DNA of 64,000 nucleotides, taken from Blepharisma stoltei ATCC 30299. Lineage: Eukaryota; Protista; Ciliophora. A program made the translations under genes and the position numbers. The notes beneath the pieces were generated by a model that saw only the letters and a program-made list of their open reading frames with translations, was not told the DNA's origin and did not search any database. Every line of letters starts with the position of its first letter. The first letter of the stretch is position 1. Positions 1 to 11,071 of the stretch are shown piece after piece. The stretch lies in contig CBFDEM010000001.1 in assembly GCA_965603825.1 (NCBI GenBank), forward strand, positions 623,919 through 687,918. The letters run 5' to 3'.

Positions 1-102
1 TTTTCCCTAATTATGCGCAATTATCAAAGAGGAGGCATTTATCTTAATGAGAGTCTATTTCTTTTACAAAAAGATTATTTACTTATATCTAAAAAACAAC
101 TA

Positions 103-2667
103 TTATTGCATGCGATCATGGCCAATTCTATCTAAATTGACACTACAATTTGATCCTCTTGCTAGATGGTATATTGCGCTGTATTGGTGATATTTACTGC
201 TTAGCTCATCCTTGAATTTGTCGAGTGGTTGATTTCAATTCGCATCATAATTCAAAAAATTAATTTGATCCTCAGATAGCTTTGTTAAAAATGTACCAAA
301 TAGAATTGTTTCTAGCAACACTCCACCTTCGCTTAGCATTTCACTTTTTTCTTTATATAACTCAATAGGAACTCCTGGTGGTCCTTTCCAAAAAGGGCCT
401 TTAGAATCAGGAGTTTTTATGCTTATATCATAGCAGCCTGGAGTGCTTTCTTTACGAACAGCATGAGCCAACTCGTGTAAAAATACAACTTTTAGTCCAC
501 ACTGAGATATAGGGGTATCTTCACTTCACTTAGGATGAATCAATATTGTTCCTCCAAAAATAGTTATTCCAGAAATGCTATCAGGGACGTTAGCGAAATA
601 AATTCTGTTTTCACAGCTTTGTTCTAAAAATTTATATAAGTTTTCATCAAGGTCAAGAGCTTGGAACGCTTCTTCTACCACAGGAGACTTAGCTATCTCC
701 ATAAGGTCTCACAATGATGATTCAGATATGCACACTGGTGGAGTCATTATCATTTTAATAGCTATTTGATTTGCCTCATTTACATAGTTTTCATTTGCTG
801 TTCCATCTAAACTGCAATCAAATAGACGTCTGAGATGTGACACCAGATATTGCTTAGTTATTGTGTCAGTTGATGATTTAAACAGAGATATGTAAGCAAA
901 TGAATCCATGAACTCTTCAATAATTGTTTTTTGGATATTAACATAGAAATTGATATCTAAACTATGCAATTTATATTTAACCTTCAATAGTCCTTCTTCT
1001 TTAAAGATGCTGATAAGAGTTTTAATCATTATTGTTGTATCCTCACATTCCTGGAAACTAATTCTATGATAATCAAAATCGCCAAGTTTTTTATCAATAA
1101 ATTCTGTTAACTCTGACTCAAATATATAAAGTGATTCTATATTTGGATTGTCTAAAAAATTATTGTAAATCGTAAAAAGATCTTTGACTAAGGAGGATCC
1201 TTCAGTAAATTCATCAGTTTCAGGATCTATTATTGAAATTGAGGTTAGAAAAACGCGGGCATATTTATGAAGCACTTTAGGATTTTGCGATATTTCATCA
1301 ATTATCTCATTTAATTCAGCTCGAAAATTTGGAATCGCATCACAGCATAATTGGATTAATGCATCCATTTCAACTTGTAATTGTCTGGTATTTATACTCG
1401 CATAGAAATTTCTTATGAATTGCTTGATATACTGTATAGCCAATAATTCTCTTTTTTGCCTATTTTTTGTGTTCATGTAAACATAGAGCAAAAATAAATG
1501 GATATTTCATTTAGCAAGACTGTAGCTACTTGGAATAATACTTTTAAAATATTGGCTCAAAAACTTTTTATTTTTATGTGGAGTCGTGAGCTGGTAGTTA
1601 ACAATTGCTTTAAGTGGCTTCTCAAAGAGGATGCCTTCTTCTTCTATTAGTATATTTGGATGTATATTTTGTAAAAGCACTAATCCGTCATTAGGGTTAA
1701 CAGATTTAATATAGTAACTTAAAAATTTTAATATCCGAGCCATACTTTCCTTCATCCTTTCCTTCATGCTTTCCTTATTTAAATAATATTTTTTTAAAAT
1801 CCCGTTTATAAAAGAATCTGGATTTTGATATCGGAGTAAATAATGTGAAAGTATATTATCTGAAATGTCGAGATTGAAGGAAATGATCTTGTCTTCTAAA
1901 TCGTATCTAATTCCTTCAATTTCACTTACTTCTTTATTAAATAAAACCAAAAAAGCAAATTCCAAATGTTCTCTTGTTCTTAGATTTATTAAAATCCAAT
2001 CAGCACAACTTGGAAGAGGAAAATTCGGATAGCAGTCTGCTAATTTATGAATAAATGAGCAAAAGAAAGTTAAATCCATACTTTGCAAAATTGATTCTGA
2101 TTTGATACATTGAATGAATTGTTCCAAAATTCAACTCACTTTTTGATTCGAAACCTTTCAGGATTCCATTTCTTTATTATGAAATTGCACAAAGTACATA
2201 AACAGTAAGAAGTATGTTCTTCGCTCTCCATGAGTATATGTTTGCACAAAATCTTCATTTTCTTCACTAAAGCACCATCTAAAAAGCGCATTTTCATCGG
2301 CTACTCTTTGTATTTTCTGTTTGACTTGGTCAGTCACTTTCTTTGGATTTTTATTTCAAATCAGTAAGTACAAAGGAATTCAGCAATAATCATGCATATC
2401 AAGCAGCGAGAAAATGTCTGCCAAATCCATACAAATTCTCCTTCACTTATTGAGACAAATAGAGTTTAGCAGGTTGAAATATGTCCAAATTTCAGAAGAG
2501 TCTTGGATTGGCACATTAGTAAAATAGCCTTCAGCATCAGGCTTCGTAAATCCTGTTTCTACTTCAAAAATTTCTGGGTTTGCTTGCTCCAATTGGCTTT
2601 CAAACTTCGACCTGTTGCGGTTGAAAAATGCTCTTATAGATTTCTGAACTATTGCAAATGATTCCAT
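103..2667 (-). CDS. ~854-aa protein with a C-terminal zincin-like (HEXXH) metallopeptidase motif
   Basis: ORF-track pieces 2443-2667, 1507-2127, 709-1491 and 235-471 are in one frame and separated only by TGA; first TAA at 103-105. Reads VVFLHELAHAVRK (HELAH at 463-477), then TP...SEGGVLLETILFG. Confidence 0.7.
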
Positions 2668-3202
2668 ATTTATAATTGAGCGATAGCAAAATAAAATTAT
2701 TCAGCAACACACCAATATGTCGAGCTAAACCCATTTTTAAAAAGTCTAGGGGTCACTTATCGAATTATAGGGAAGTAATTAGAAATAAAATTCAAAAACT
2801 TAACTGTTTTTAATCTAAATTTTAAGAATTTTTCTTATTTTTACTTACATAATTTTGAATAAGAATGCACTCATCTAAAAATTTCTATTGAAAAAGAGGG
2901 GCTTAATATAGCTCTTTTCTTGATTTATAATAGGCAGGCTAGACAAAAGAGCTGAACTTCTAAGTGGAAATTAAAGCAAAGTTTAAAGTATTTGTTATGC
3001 TTTATGAGGAATCAATGAAATTGTGCTGCTTTTAGGCTCTTTTAAAGAAGTTCTTTTGGAGTTATATATAAATAGTATAATAAGATTTCAAATTGTAGTA
3101 AAATTATTTTCAAAGACTGCTGAAATTTATAAATAGAATATTAATTACTATATAATCTTAAGAGATCTTTTATAAAGGAACTTATGCTAATTTTCAAAGA
3201 TT

Positions 3203-5053
3203 TTAGAGTAAATCGCCAAATGGGTCTCTAGAAGATTGGACTGGTCTCGTACCAAATGAAGCTGACTTAGCTTGATTTGGTTCAAATGGATTAGAAGATT
3301 GGACAGGGAATGTAGGATTCGTAGGAAATGAAGGGTTATAAGAGCTTGAAGGATTTTCAAAAGGATTTGCAGATCTAGGCTGCTGAGGTTGTTGAGGCTG
3401 CTGAAAAGAATTGTTGTAAGGGGGGTTGCTGATGTTTGAAAATTGTTGTGGACGATTAAAAGGGTTATTTCTTGTCTCAGGAACAGAAGTGGGCTGAATT
3501 TGAGCAAATGGATCAGAGGACTGTTGCATGCCTGGATTCATCATAGGATTCATCATGGGGTTCATCATAGGGTTCATCATAGGGTTCATCATAGGATTCA
3601 TCATGGGGTTCATCATGCCTGTAAACATCATTTGGTTCATCATAGGGTTCATCATAGGATTCATCATAGGGTTCATCATAGGGTTCATCATTTGGCTCAT
3701 ATCTTGCATTTGTCCAGGCATTTGTCCTGGCATTTGTCCTGGCATTTGTCCTGGCATTTGTCCTGGCATTTGTCCTGGCATTTGTCCTGGCATTTGTCCA
3801 GGCATTTGTCCAGGCATTTGTCCCGGCATCTGTCCCGGCATCCCCTGCATCCCTGGCATCATTCCAGGCATTCCTTGCATCCCTGCTGATCCCTGTGGCT
3901 GTCCAAAGCTCGACATCACTAAATCCACCTTTGTAATCTCCGGATACATCCCTTGATTATTCTTTTTTTCTGGAGGTCTAAACCCATCCATAAATAAATC
4001 CTCCTCAATTCCTTTTCCGCTCTCCTGCTGCGTGACCTTCTGCTGTTGCTCACTTACCCTATTTCTTTCCTCATTTCTTTTCTGATTCAATCTTTCATAC
4101 TCCTCTAACGCCCTCCTTTGCTCTTCCAGCTCTTTGGGTGAATAGGACAATTCTGTTGACCTTTCACTATTTCCTTCACTCGGGGTATCTACATCCCCAT
4201 AATGTTCTTCTGCATGCCTTTTCATAGAATCAAAAATTTCTCTAGGCCGATTCACAAAAGCAGGACTCGTAAGCCCAGTAAACGGTAAACTATGAGAAAG
4301 TTCATAAAATTGCCCCAACATCCGTTGGCAGTTTTCGAACCTTTTATAGTGCTCTAAACCAGCAGCAGCTGCTTTTCCGCCAAATGTAGAAAACTTTTCT
4401 ATCATTCGGTCTGTGGCGATTAGTAAAGTCCTGTAGAGAGGGTTCGCGTCTTGGAGGACAAGAAAGGCTGCGTTTTGGGTAACTTTGAGATGATAATTTC
4501 TTATGGCCTGCTGAAAGCTTGGCCCAGATTTGACTAAGCTTTGAAGTTCGTTAAGGAGGTATCCGATTTCTCTGACCAATTCTGAGCTGTCAAGCCTGTC
4601 TATTATTTTGGTGCGGTCAGCTGGATGAGACATTAATATAGAGCCTTTACGAGAATGGTTGATAGCTTTGGATCTTATGAATGCATAATAATCTTGAATT
4701 ACTTGATTATGAGCACTCCCTCTTTCGCTGGGATCATTAAAACTCTGCATCGGCATATTCAGCTCAGCAAGTTTCCCTGAGTATCCAGGACCTACTTGGT
4801 CTATTGCTCGGTGCAGGATAATAAGAGCTTTAAGCACTGCTGCCCATTTTTGGATCATTAAACGTTGGGACAATAGCATAAAAGCAGAATCAGGCGGTGT
4901 CTGTGGGTTTTGTCCTTGCAGCGCTCATATTATGGCCTGGACGTGTTTTTCTTTTGGCGGGTCATAGTCTCCATCATAAGTAGCCTTTAAAAGAGATTTT
5001 TCGTACGGAGACTTGGCTGAAAGTGCATATATGGACCTTTTAAGGTTAGACAT
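3203..5053 (-). CDS. ANTH/AP180-CALM-like clathrin assembly protein (~616 aa)
   Basis: ATG 5053 (MSNLKR). [16 protein letters not shown] and [13 protein letters not shown] are ANTH N-terminal motifs; one in-frame TGA (4925-4927). C-terminal NPF/DPF endocytic motifs; QMPG and MMNP repeats. Confidence 0.85.
3536..3885 (-). repeat. Coding 12-bp tandem repeats, (MMNP)n and (QMPG)n, inside the ANTH gene
   Basis: Arrays of ttcatcatagg(g/a) and catttgtcc(t/a)gg with a 12-nt period are directly visible. Confidence 0.9.
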
Positions 5054-5275
5054 TATTATGGAGTTATTGAAATTAGAAAAAATCGTAGAACAATTGGCAG
5101 CCAGTATCAATAAAAAACAATAGACTTATACTATAAAGGTATTGTAAGGGGAAAAAATAATGAGATAGCTTATCATTTTATTATGGAGAAGACTTTCCTA
5201 ATATTTAGCCTGCAAATTATTTAATTTTTTATCAGATAAGCTTCATAATTTTCCCACAAGTTAACATATCTTATT

Positions 5276-6139
5276 ATGAAAATGTCACCAAGTAAGCGAA
5301 GAGCATGGACACAAGATGTAACCACTATTTAGGAAGATGACATAATCCGAGAGCTGGTATCCGAATTCGGAACTAAACGATGGTCGCTCATAGCTCAGCT
5401 GCTAACTGAAAGAGCTTCTACAAAAGACAAGCACACCAAATCCAGAACGGGCAAACAATGCAGGGAAAGATGGCACAACCACCTCGACCCAGGGATCAAA
5501 AAGAACACATGGACCAAGGACGAAGAAAATACCATTTTCAAGTACCAGAGGATCCTCGGGAACAAGTGGTCGGAAATCGCTTCTCACTTGCCAGGAAGAT
5601 CTGATAACTCCATCAAGAACCACTTTTACAGCACACTCAGGAAAAAGCTGAGGAATTACAACAGGTTTAGCTTGGGAGACGAAAGGTTCAATGGATCCAT
5701 CAAGGAGGTGCTGCAAAACCATGAACTTATGGGTGAGTTACTAAATTATCCAAGCTCTGAATACGAGATCGGAAAATGGGAAACTCCAAGGTGAAGCACC
5801 GAGGAAAGTTCTGAGGACACCGAAGAGCAGCTGGAAGCTAGCTCTAAACCTAAAACAGAAGCAGAAATTGACGACGCATCCACCATCCTCTGCTCCCTTT
5901 ATGACGCCAGAGAAGACTCTTTAACTTCCTGCCCATCCTCTCCAAGGTCAAGTGAAGCTGATTTTGGTAGTTTTGAAAGCATAGTGACTCCTACTATGAT
6001 TATCAGGGCTGCAGCTTTGGATATCAAGCACTTTGATTTTTCTGAGCCAAGCCAAAATCAATTTTCCTTTGACCATAGGTGTGGAGGCAGCCCGAAAGGA
6101 TTTCAGCTTACCAATTCATTACACATCATAGAAGCTTAA
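5276..6139 (+). CDS. R2R3-type Myb transcription factor (~282 aa, one 15-nt intron)
   Basis: AWTQD|EDDIIRELV...KRWSLIA...RTGKQCRERWHNHLDP...WTKDEE...GNKWSEIASHLPGRSDNSIKNHFYS. Intron 5318-5332; TGA at 5792-5794 read through; TAA 6137-6139. Confidence 0.92.
5318..5332 (+). other. 15-nt spliceosomal intron (gtaaccactatttag)
   Basis: Removal restores the Myb WT-x-x-ED motif; retention gives an in-frame TAG; A at position 10. Confidence 0.9.
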
Positions 6140-6204
6140 ATCTTCGCCACATTAATGTCTAAATGCAAAGAACTATCCTAATAAGTTTTCTATATGAAAA
6201 TAGC

Positions 6205-6801
6205 TTAAATACAAGAACTAGAAGAGTTGTGGTGGTCTGTAGAAGTCCTGCAGGTCGGGCAAGAGTTACGGATTTGTAGCCATCTCACCAGGCAGCCATT
6301 GTGGAAATTATGCCCACAAGGCATTTTTCTTGCTTGTTCGTTAGGCTTAAACGATTCTTGACAAATCGAGCATTCTCCTGAAACCTCCGATCCTCGGAGA
6401 ACAGGCAATGAATTTATAGTAGCTTCATTGGCAGGCACCAACCCTTGCCTTTCTTGGGTTAGTCTTGTGATCAAATTAATAAGGTCGTTAAAGCTCTGGC
6501 CTTCATCCACAAAAGCAGCATAAAAAATCACTTCAGGCTGCAGCGGAATCCTATTATTAATAACAATATTCCTATTTTCTATCATCCTCTCACTTCTTCC
6601 TGCATTTTCATTGTGCAATCTTAAATTTTGTGCATCCAAGTCAGGCACAAAGTTGCTTGGATGAGCCTCATTTTGAGGGATTTCTTCAACGAGCTCTGAA
6701 TGGCACCTTGCACATTGGAAGCTCGAACAGTCTGAATCTTGTAAATATGTACAGCGACAAGAATGGCACCAGTAATGAACCATGTGGTATTCTGAAATCA
6801 T
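6205..6801 (-). CDS. RING-H2 E3 ubiquitin ligase, RNF126/RNF115-like
   Basis: N-terminal zinc ribbon YWCHSC...CARC..ELVEEI; C-terminal CSICQE...MPCGHNFHNGCLVRWL...CPTCR. Confidence 0.88.
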   Translation of the reverse strand: MISEYHMVHYWCHSCRCTYLQDSDCSSFQCARCHSELVEEIPQNEAHPSNFVPDLDAQNLRLHNENAGRSERMIENRNIVINNRIPLQPEVIFYAAFVDEGQSFNDLINLITRLTQERQGLVPANEATINSLPVLRGSEVSGECSICQESFKPNEQARKMPCGHNFHNGCLVRWLQIRNSCPTCRTSTDHHNSSSSCI

Positions 6802-6859
6802 TTTTTATTATATCAGTACCATATTTTAAAAAAGAACCATAAGAATTTTACTTTACAAA

Positions 6860-8398
6860 TTATTCTGAATTTTGCTTGTAAAATAAAATATAAGCTTCAG
6901 CTTTTACAATTTGTGTCTCGGAAACTTGGGAAACGTGGGTGTCTGAACAATGGTACCAGGCATTGTTGTGCTTTACAAAAGCGATATAGTGCCCGCCAAG
7001 CATACTTCCTGAGTGTACAACGACCCCAAAAAGGCTGTAACGGGTGTTTTCTCCAGGCTTAATCACAAATTTGTGTATATCCAGGTCAAAGCCAAAACGT
7101 ATATGGGTCCCGATTTTTTGGAATCCTCGGCCTTTGTGGGAAAATCGCTTAAGGTGTAAAACTAGGACTTTTGGGGCTCCATATAATAAAAATGTGCGTG
7201 TGGCTTGGGTTTCCCTTTTGCATTCGTCACATTTGTAGAGGTTTTTGTTGTCTTTGAGGTCTTCACGGCACATGAAATCTTCTAGGCAGCCTAAAAGAGT
7301 ATCTGGGTCATGATAATGGCCAACTACAGGCTCATATAGCTGCTGGTCTCGGAATATTTCAGGCAGCTGCTCTGGAGGGATCAAGGTAAATTCATTATTA
7401 ACATCGTCTGATATAGGAACTTTTTTTAATGGGATTTCTAGTGAGAGATCTAAAATTGGGTCAAAAGTTCTAGACACAGTTTGACAGTTCAGGCATCTTA
7501 CAGTGCTCATAAGCTTGTTTCCAAAGGTTTGCTCAACAATATTATTAGGATCATGATGAAATTTTGTGAACTCAGTCGATAAAGCATCAAGTAGCGATCT
7601 CAGAAGCTCATGAGAATCTTGTTGGCCATATCCTCGGAATTGAGCAAAACGCTTTGTTATTGATGAATGCAAGAGCCTTGGGTTATATGGACCACGGCCA
7701 AACCGCATTTCGTTCAAGGTCTGAGCAAAAATCATATTGATCCCTCCTAGTTCTTTTTCTTCTATTGAATTAAGGTAATACTCTGCAAGAGGAACTGTCG
7801 CGTTTAAACATTGTAAGGCTGAGTTGAAAAAGCAAGTATTGCCTAAGTTATTGAGCCCTCTTACCGTAATTCTTGGTTTTTCGACTTCTCGTGGAGGCTC
7901 TTTAGTTTCTTCTTCGTTTTGGTTGATTTCTTCTTCGTCATTATCCACTTTTCTGGCTTCTGGCTTTAGCGTTTTCTTTTCTTGTACGATTTTTTTTATT
8001 TCTACTGGTGGCTTGTTCAGAATTTTTTCATCTCTCCCTTTCTTTTTGTTAGATTTAGCTTTAAAATTCATTAGCACAGTTTTTATATCATCTATCATTT
8101 CTAAAGCTCGGTCCTTTTTGCTTTCACTTTCAAATGTTTCTGCTAAATTTGACAGAGAATCGTCACACAAATAGCATCATACGTCATAAGAGTCAGTAGA
8201 AATCGCGATGGCATGCTTTTTAGTAAGAGAGTGCTTCTCAGCATGTCCTAATTGATAGCGGCCACAGCCTTGGGAATAGCAATTTAAGCAAAGTCAAGAA
8301 TTTTTCTCTTGGCAGCTTTCACACTGGCCTATATTTAAATTAGGCAAAACCTTTCTAAGCTGTTGTGGTTTTATATTTGCGAAGTGGTTGCAAGCCAT
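6860..8398 (-). CDS. Ubiquitin-specific protease with N-terminal ZnF-UBP (USP16/45-like, ~512 aa)
   Basis: ATG 8398 MACNH...CESC...W(TGA)LCLNC...GCGR...HAEKH...VW(TGA)CYLCDD. Cys box GLNNLGNTCFFNS, QQDSHE, His box HSGSMLGGHY. Confidence 0.92.
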
Positions 8399-9030
8399 TG
8401 ATAATTTTGTGTAATAGATAATCCATAATAAGAGTTTTAATTATAGTATTTCTTTATTGTGATTTACGATCATTATCATTTTCTATACTGTTTTCGAGTG
8501 TTTTTTCATCTGATTGATTTAATTAAATTAAAATTATAAAAGCAAATATAGATATAGTGTTAATAATAATCTGCATTTGTGAGAAAGTGAATGAATTTGT
8601 TTGTTTATTATAATAGAAACATCTTTGCAGTAGGCTAAGTCTTGAAATTTTATTTTTCCATTATAAAAATCTTATTATTCATATTAGTTTTCAATTAAGC
8701 CATTAAACTCTTTTAGATTGCTTCTTCAGTTAGCCTATAGACCGCTTTTTCTTGCTAATGCTATATATCTCATTTTTTATCAATTTTTTGATTACAGTTA
8801 GTCAGTCAGTGGTCATCATCATTTAATTAATATAGCTCCTTTATAAATAGCTTATTATTATATTTAAATTGACAAAATCAAAATTTTTAAATTAAGGATA
8901 CAAAATCTCTGAATTTTTTATATAAATTTTTTATAAAGCAATATCATCTTTATACCTATAAATTTGATTATTTTTTTGGAAACTAATTCAGGTATTAAAG
9001 CTTTTCTCTGTATAATAATCTGGCGATAAA

Positions 9031-9441
9031 ATGGTGGACGCTAATCTAAACGTTGATGATGCTTGTGTCGTAGCTTACAACCGCTTGAAGTTGACCAAAG
9101 ATATCAAGTTTGTCACCTATAAGGTCGAAGGTCAATCCAACGTCATTGTTGAGAGGGTTGGAGAATTGGAATCAACTTATCAAGACTTTGTCCACAGCCT
9201 CCCACAAAATGAGCCTCGCTTTGCTGTCTATGACTTTGATTATACTGCAGACGATGGAATTACATCAAAGAAAATTGTTTTTATTCATTGGTCACCTGAT
9301 AATTCCACAGTCAAAAATAAGATGATTTACGCTTCATCAAAAGAAAACTTGAAAAGAAGATTTGCAGGAATTCATAGAGAAGTACAAGCTTGTTCATTAG
9401 CTGAAGTGGAGCAAAGAGAAATCGCCCAAGCACTTAGATAA
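9031..9441 (+). CDS. Cofilin / actin-depolymerizing factor
   Basis: EPRFAVYDFDY, KIVFIHWSPD, KMIYASSKENLK ADF-H motifs; 136 aa. Confidence 0.93.
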   Translation: MVDANLNVDDACVVAYNRLKLTKDIKFVTYKVEGQSNVIVERVGELESTYQDFVHSLPQNEPRFAVYDFDYTADDGITSKKIVFIHWSPDNSTVKNKMIYASSKENLKRRFAGIHREVQACSLAEVEQREIAQALR

Positions 9442-9726
9442 GTAACTTAGTTAAAAAGAAACTTAAATGATGTAGTTTTAATGAAAGAGGAGCTTCTGTT
9501 TAGCTTGGAGCTATCAAAATCAGGAAAAACAACTACATGATCTGATTTTATGTAAAATAAATGCATTTATGCAGTAAAAAGAATAATTCTCAAGCAATAA
9601 AAGCAGGAAAAGAAGAATTTAATACTTCTTAAAGCTTGCCAAAGTGTTTTCAAAGCAGATCCAATGACATCTTAGAAAATGGAATAAATAAAAATTTCAG
9701 GAGAAGTGCCACAAAACTATAACCGT

Positions 9727-10239
9727 ATGGACAAGTCAAAGTCAGGATTTTTTATAGCTGTAATCGGCTGTTCACAAGTTGGGAAGACAGCTCTTGTAGC
9801 AAGGCTTGTAAAAGACATGTTCATAGAAGAACATCAGCCAACAATGACACAAGAGATCCAAACCACACTGTGCTCAGCAACCAAGCGACGACTGATAAGG
9901 CTCTTTTTTTTAGATCTCATCGGAAATAATTATTTCCAGTCCTTTGCGACCCCATGGATTGGGGTGTCTCAAGCTGTTTTGATGCTTTTTGATACAAATT
10001 CAATGAGCTCATTCAATCAAATTCAAGGACCCACCTCGTTGCGCTCGCTGGAAAATATCATGATTTTTCTGGTTGGGACCAAAACTGATACTGTGTATCA
10101 GCGAGAAGTTTCATATGAGCAAGCTGCTAATAAAGCGAAAGAGCTAAATGCGATTTATATAGAGATAAGTACGAAATCTAAGAAGAACTTAGAACAGATG
10201 CTAAAGATTGTTAGTCAATCTTTACTGAGAAAGTATTAA
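9727..10239 (+). CDS. Divergent Ras/Rab-superfamily small GTPase
   Basis: G1 GCSQVGKT, G2 PT, degenerate G3 DLIG, G4 GTKTD, G5 ISTK; no C-terminal Cys. First ATG is 9727; the start is uncertain. Confidence 0.72.
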   Translation: MDKSKSGFFIAVIGCSQVGKTALVARLVKDMFIEEHQPTMTQEIQTTLCSATKRRLIRLFFLDLIGNNYFQSFATPWIGVSQAVLMLFDTNSMSSFNQIQGPTSLRSLENIMIFLVGTKTDTVYQREVSYEQAANKAKELNAIYIEISTKSKKNLEQMLKIVSQSLLRKY

Positions 10240-11071
10240 ATAATTATTAAAAGAGAAAAATGTGATGAAATAATAATTATTAATTTTGAGATTTATAAAT
10301 AAAATTTTTGGTATAAGAAAGAAGCTTAACTTTAAAAATTTTCTTAAAATCATGAAATGAACTGATTATACAAGATATTTATAATTAATAAGGCTGTATT
10401 TATTATGATTAAAAATTATAATTTTTTTTGATATTATTTTTAAATAATTTATGTGTTAGCTTATTAATATTTAGCAGAGAAAATTAAATAGCTTTTCGGT
10501 AGAATAAAACTAAAAGCGAGGTTAAAAAGCAATTTTTGCTTGCTGTTCTTTCAAGAATGATCAAAATTTTTCTCATTAGAGGACAATAAATTGTTTTATT
10601 CAAAATACCAAATTGAAATATTAAATTGAAAACCTATATTTCATTTATAAAATTGATCTTTTGCGGAACAGGCTCCTTAGCTTTAATAGAATTAGCTCCA
10701 GGATGATTATAATATATTCTTCTCTTATATTTGAAAAATTTTACTTAAATTAGAGAAGGAGTTCCCAATGGCTTTTTTAACATAAAACATTTTGATGTAG
10801 ATAAAAGTTTAATTTATATACATAAAAGATAATTTAATTATATACCAGAGTTATTTAATGGAATACTTCAATTCAGTAATTAAATGGCATTTCTCATTAC
10901 ATTAGAATTAAAACTTGCGATATTATCAAGAACGTGGCATTTTTCTTTACCACCAAATATTTCAAACAGTTATAATTTGCTTTAATCTGTTCATTTTCAA
11001 AGCTACAAATCTTAACTCTTCCAAATCATCACTGTTTTTATTATTATTATTATTATAAAAATAACTACTAT

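Noticed and set aside
3536-3885. CRISPR-like array
   Set aside because: Contiguous 12-bp coding repeats without spacers; eukaryotic context.
3443-3956. Plus-strand ORFs rich in HHRVHH / GICP / GFII
   Set aside because: Antisense shadows of the MMNP/QMPG coding repeats of the ANTH gene.
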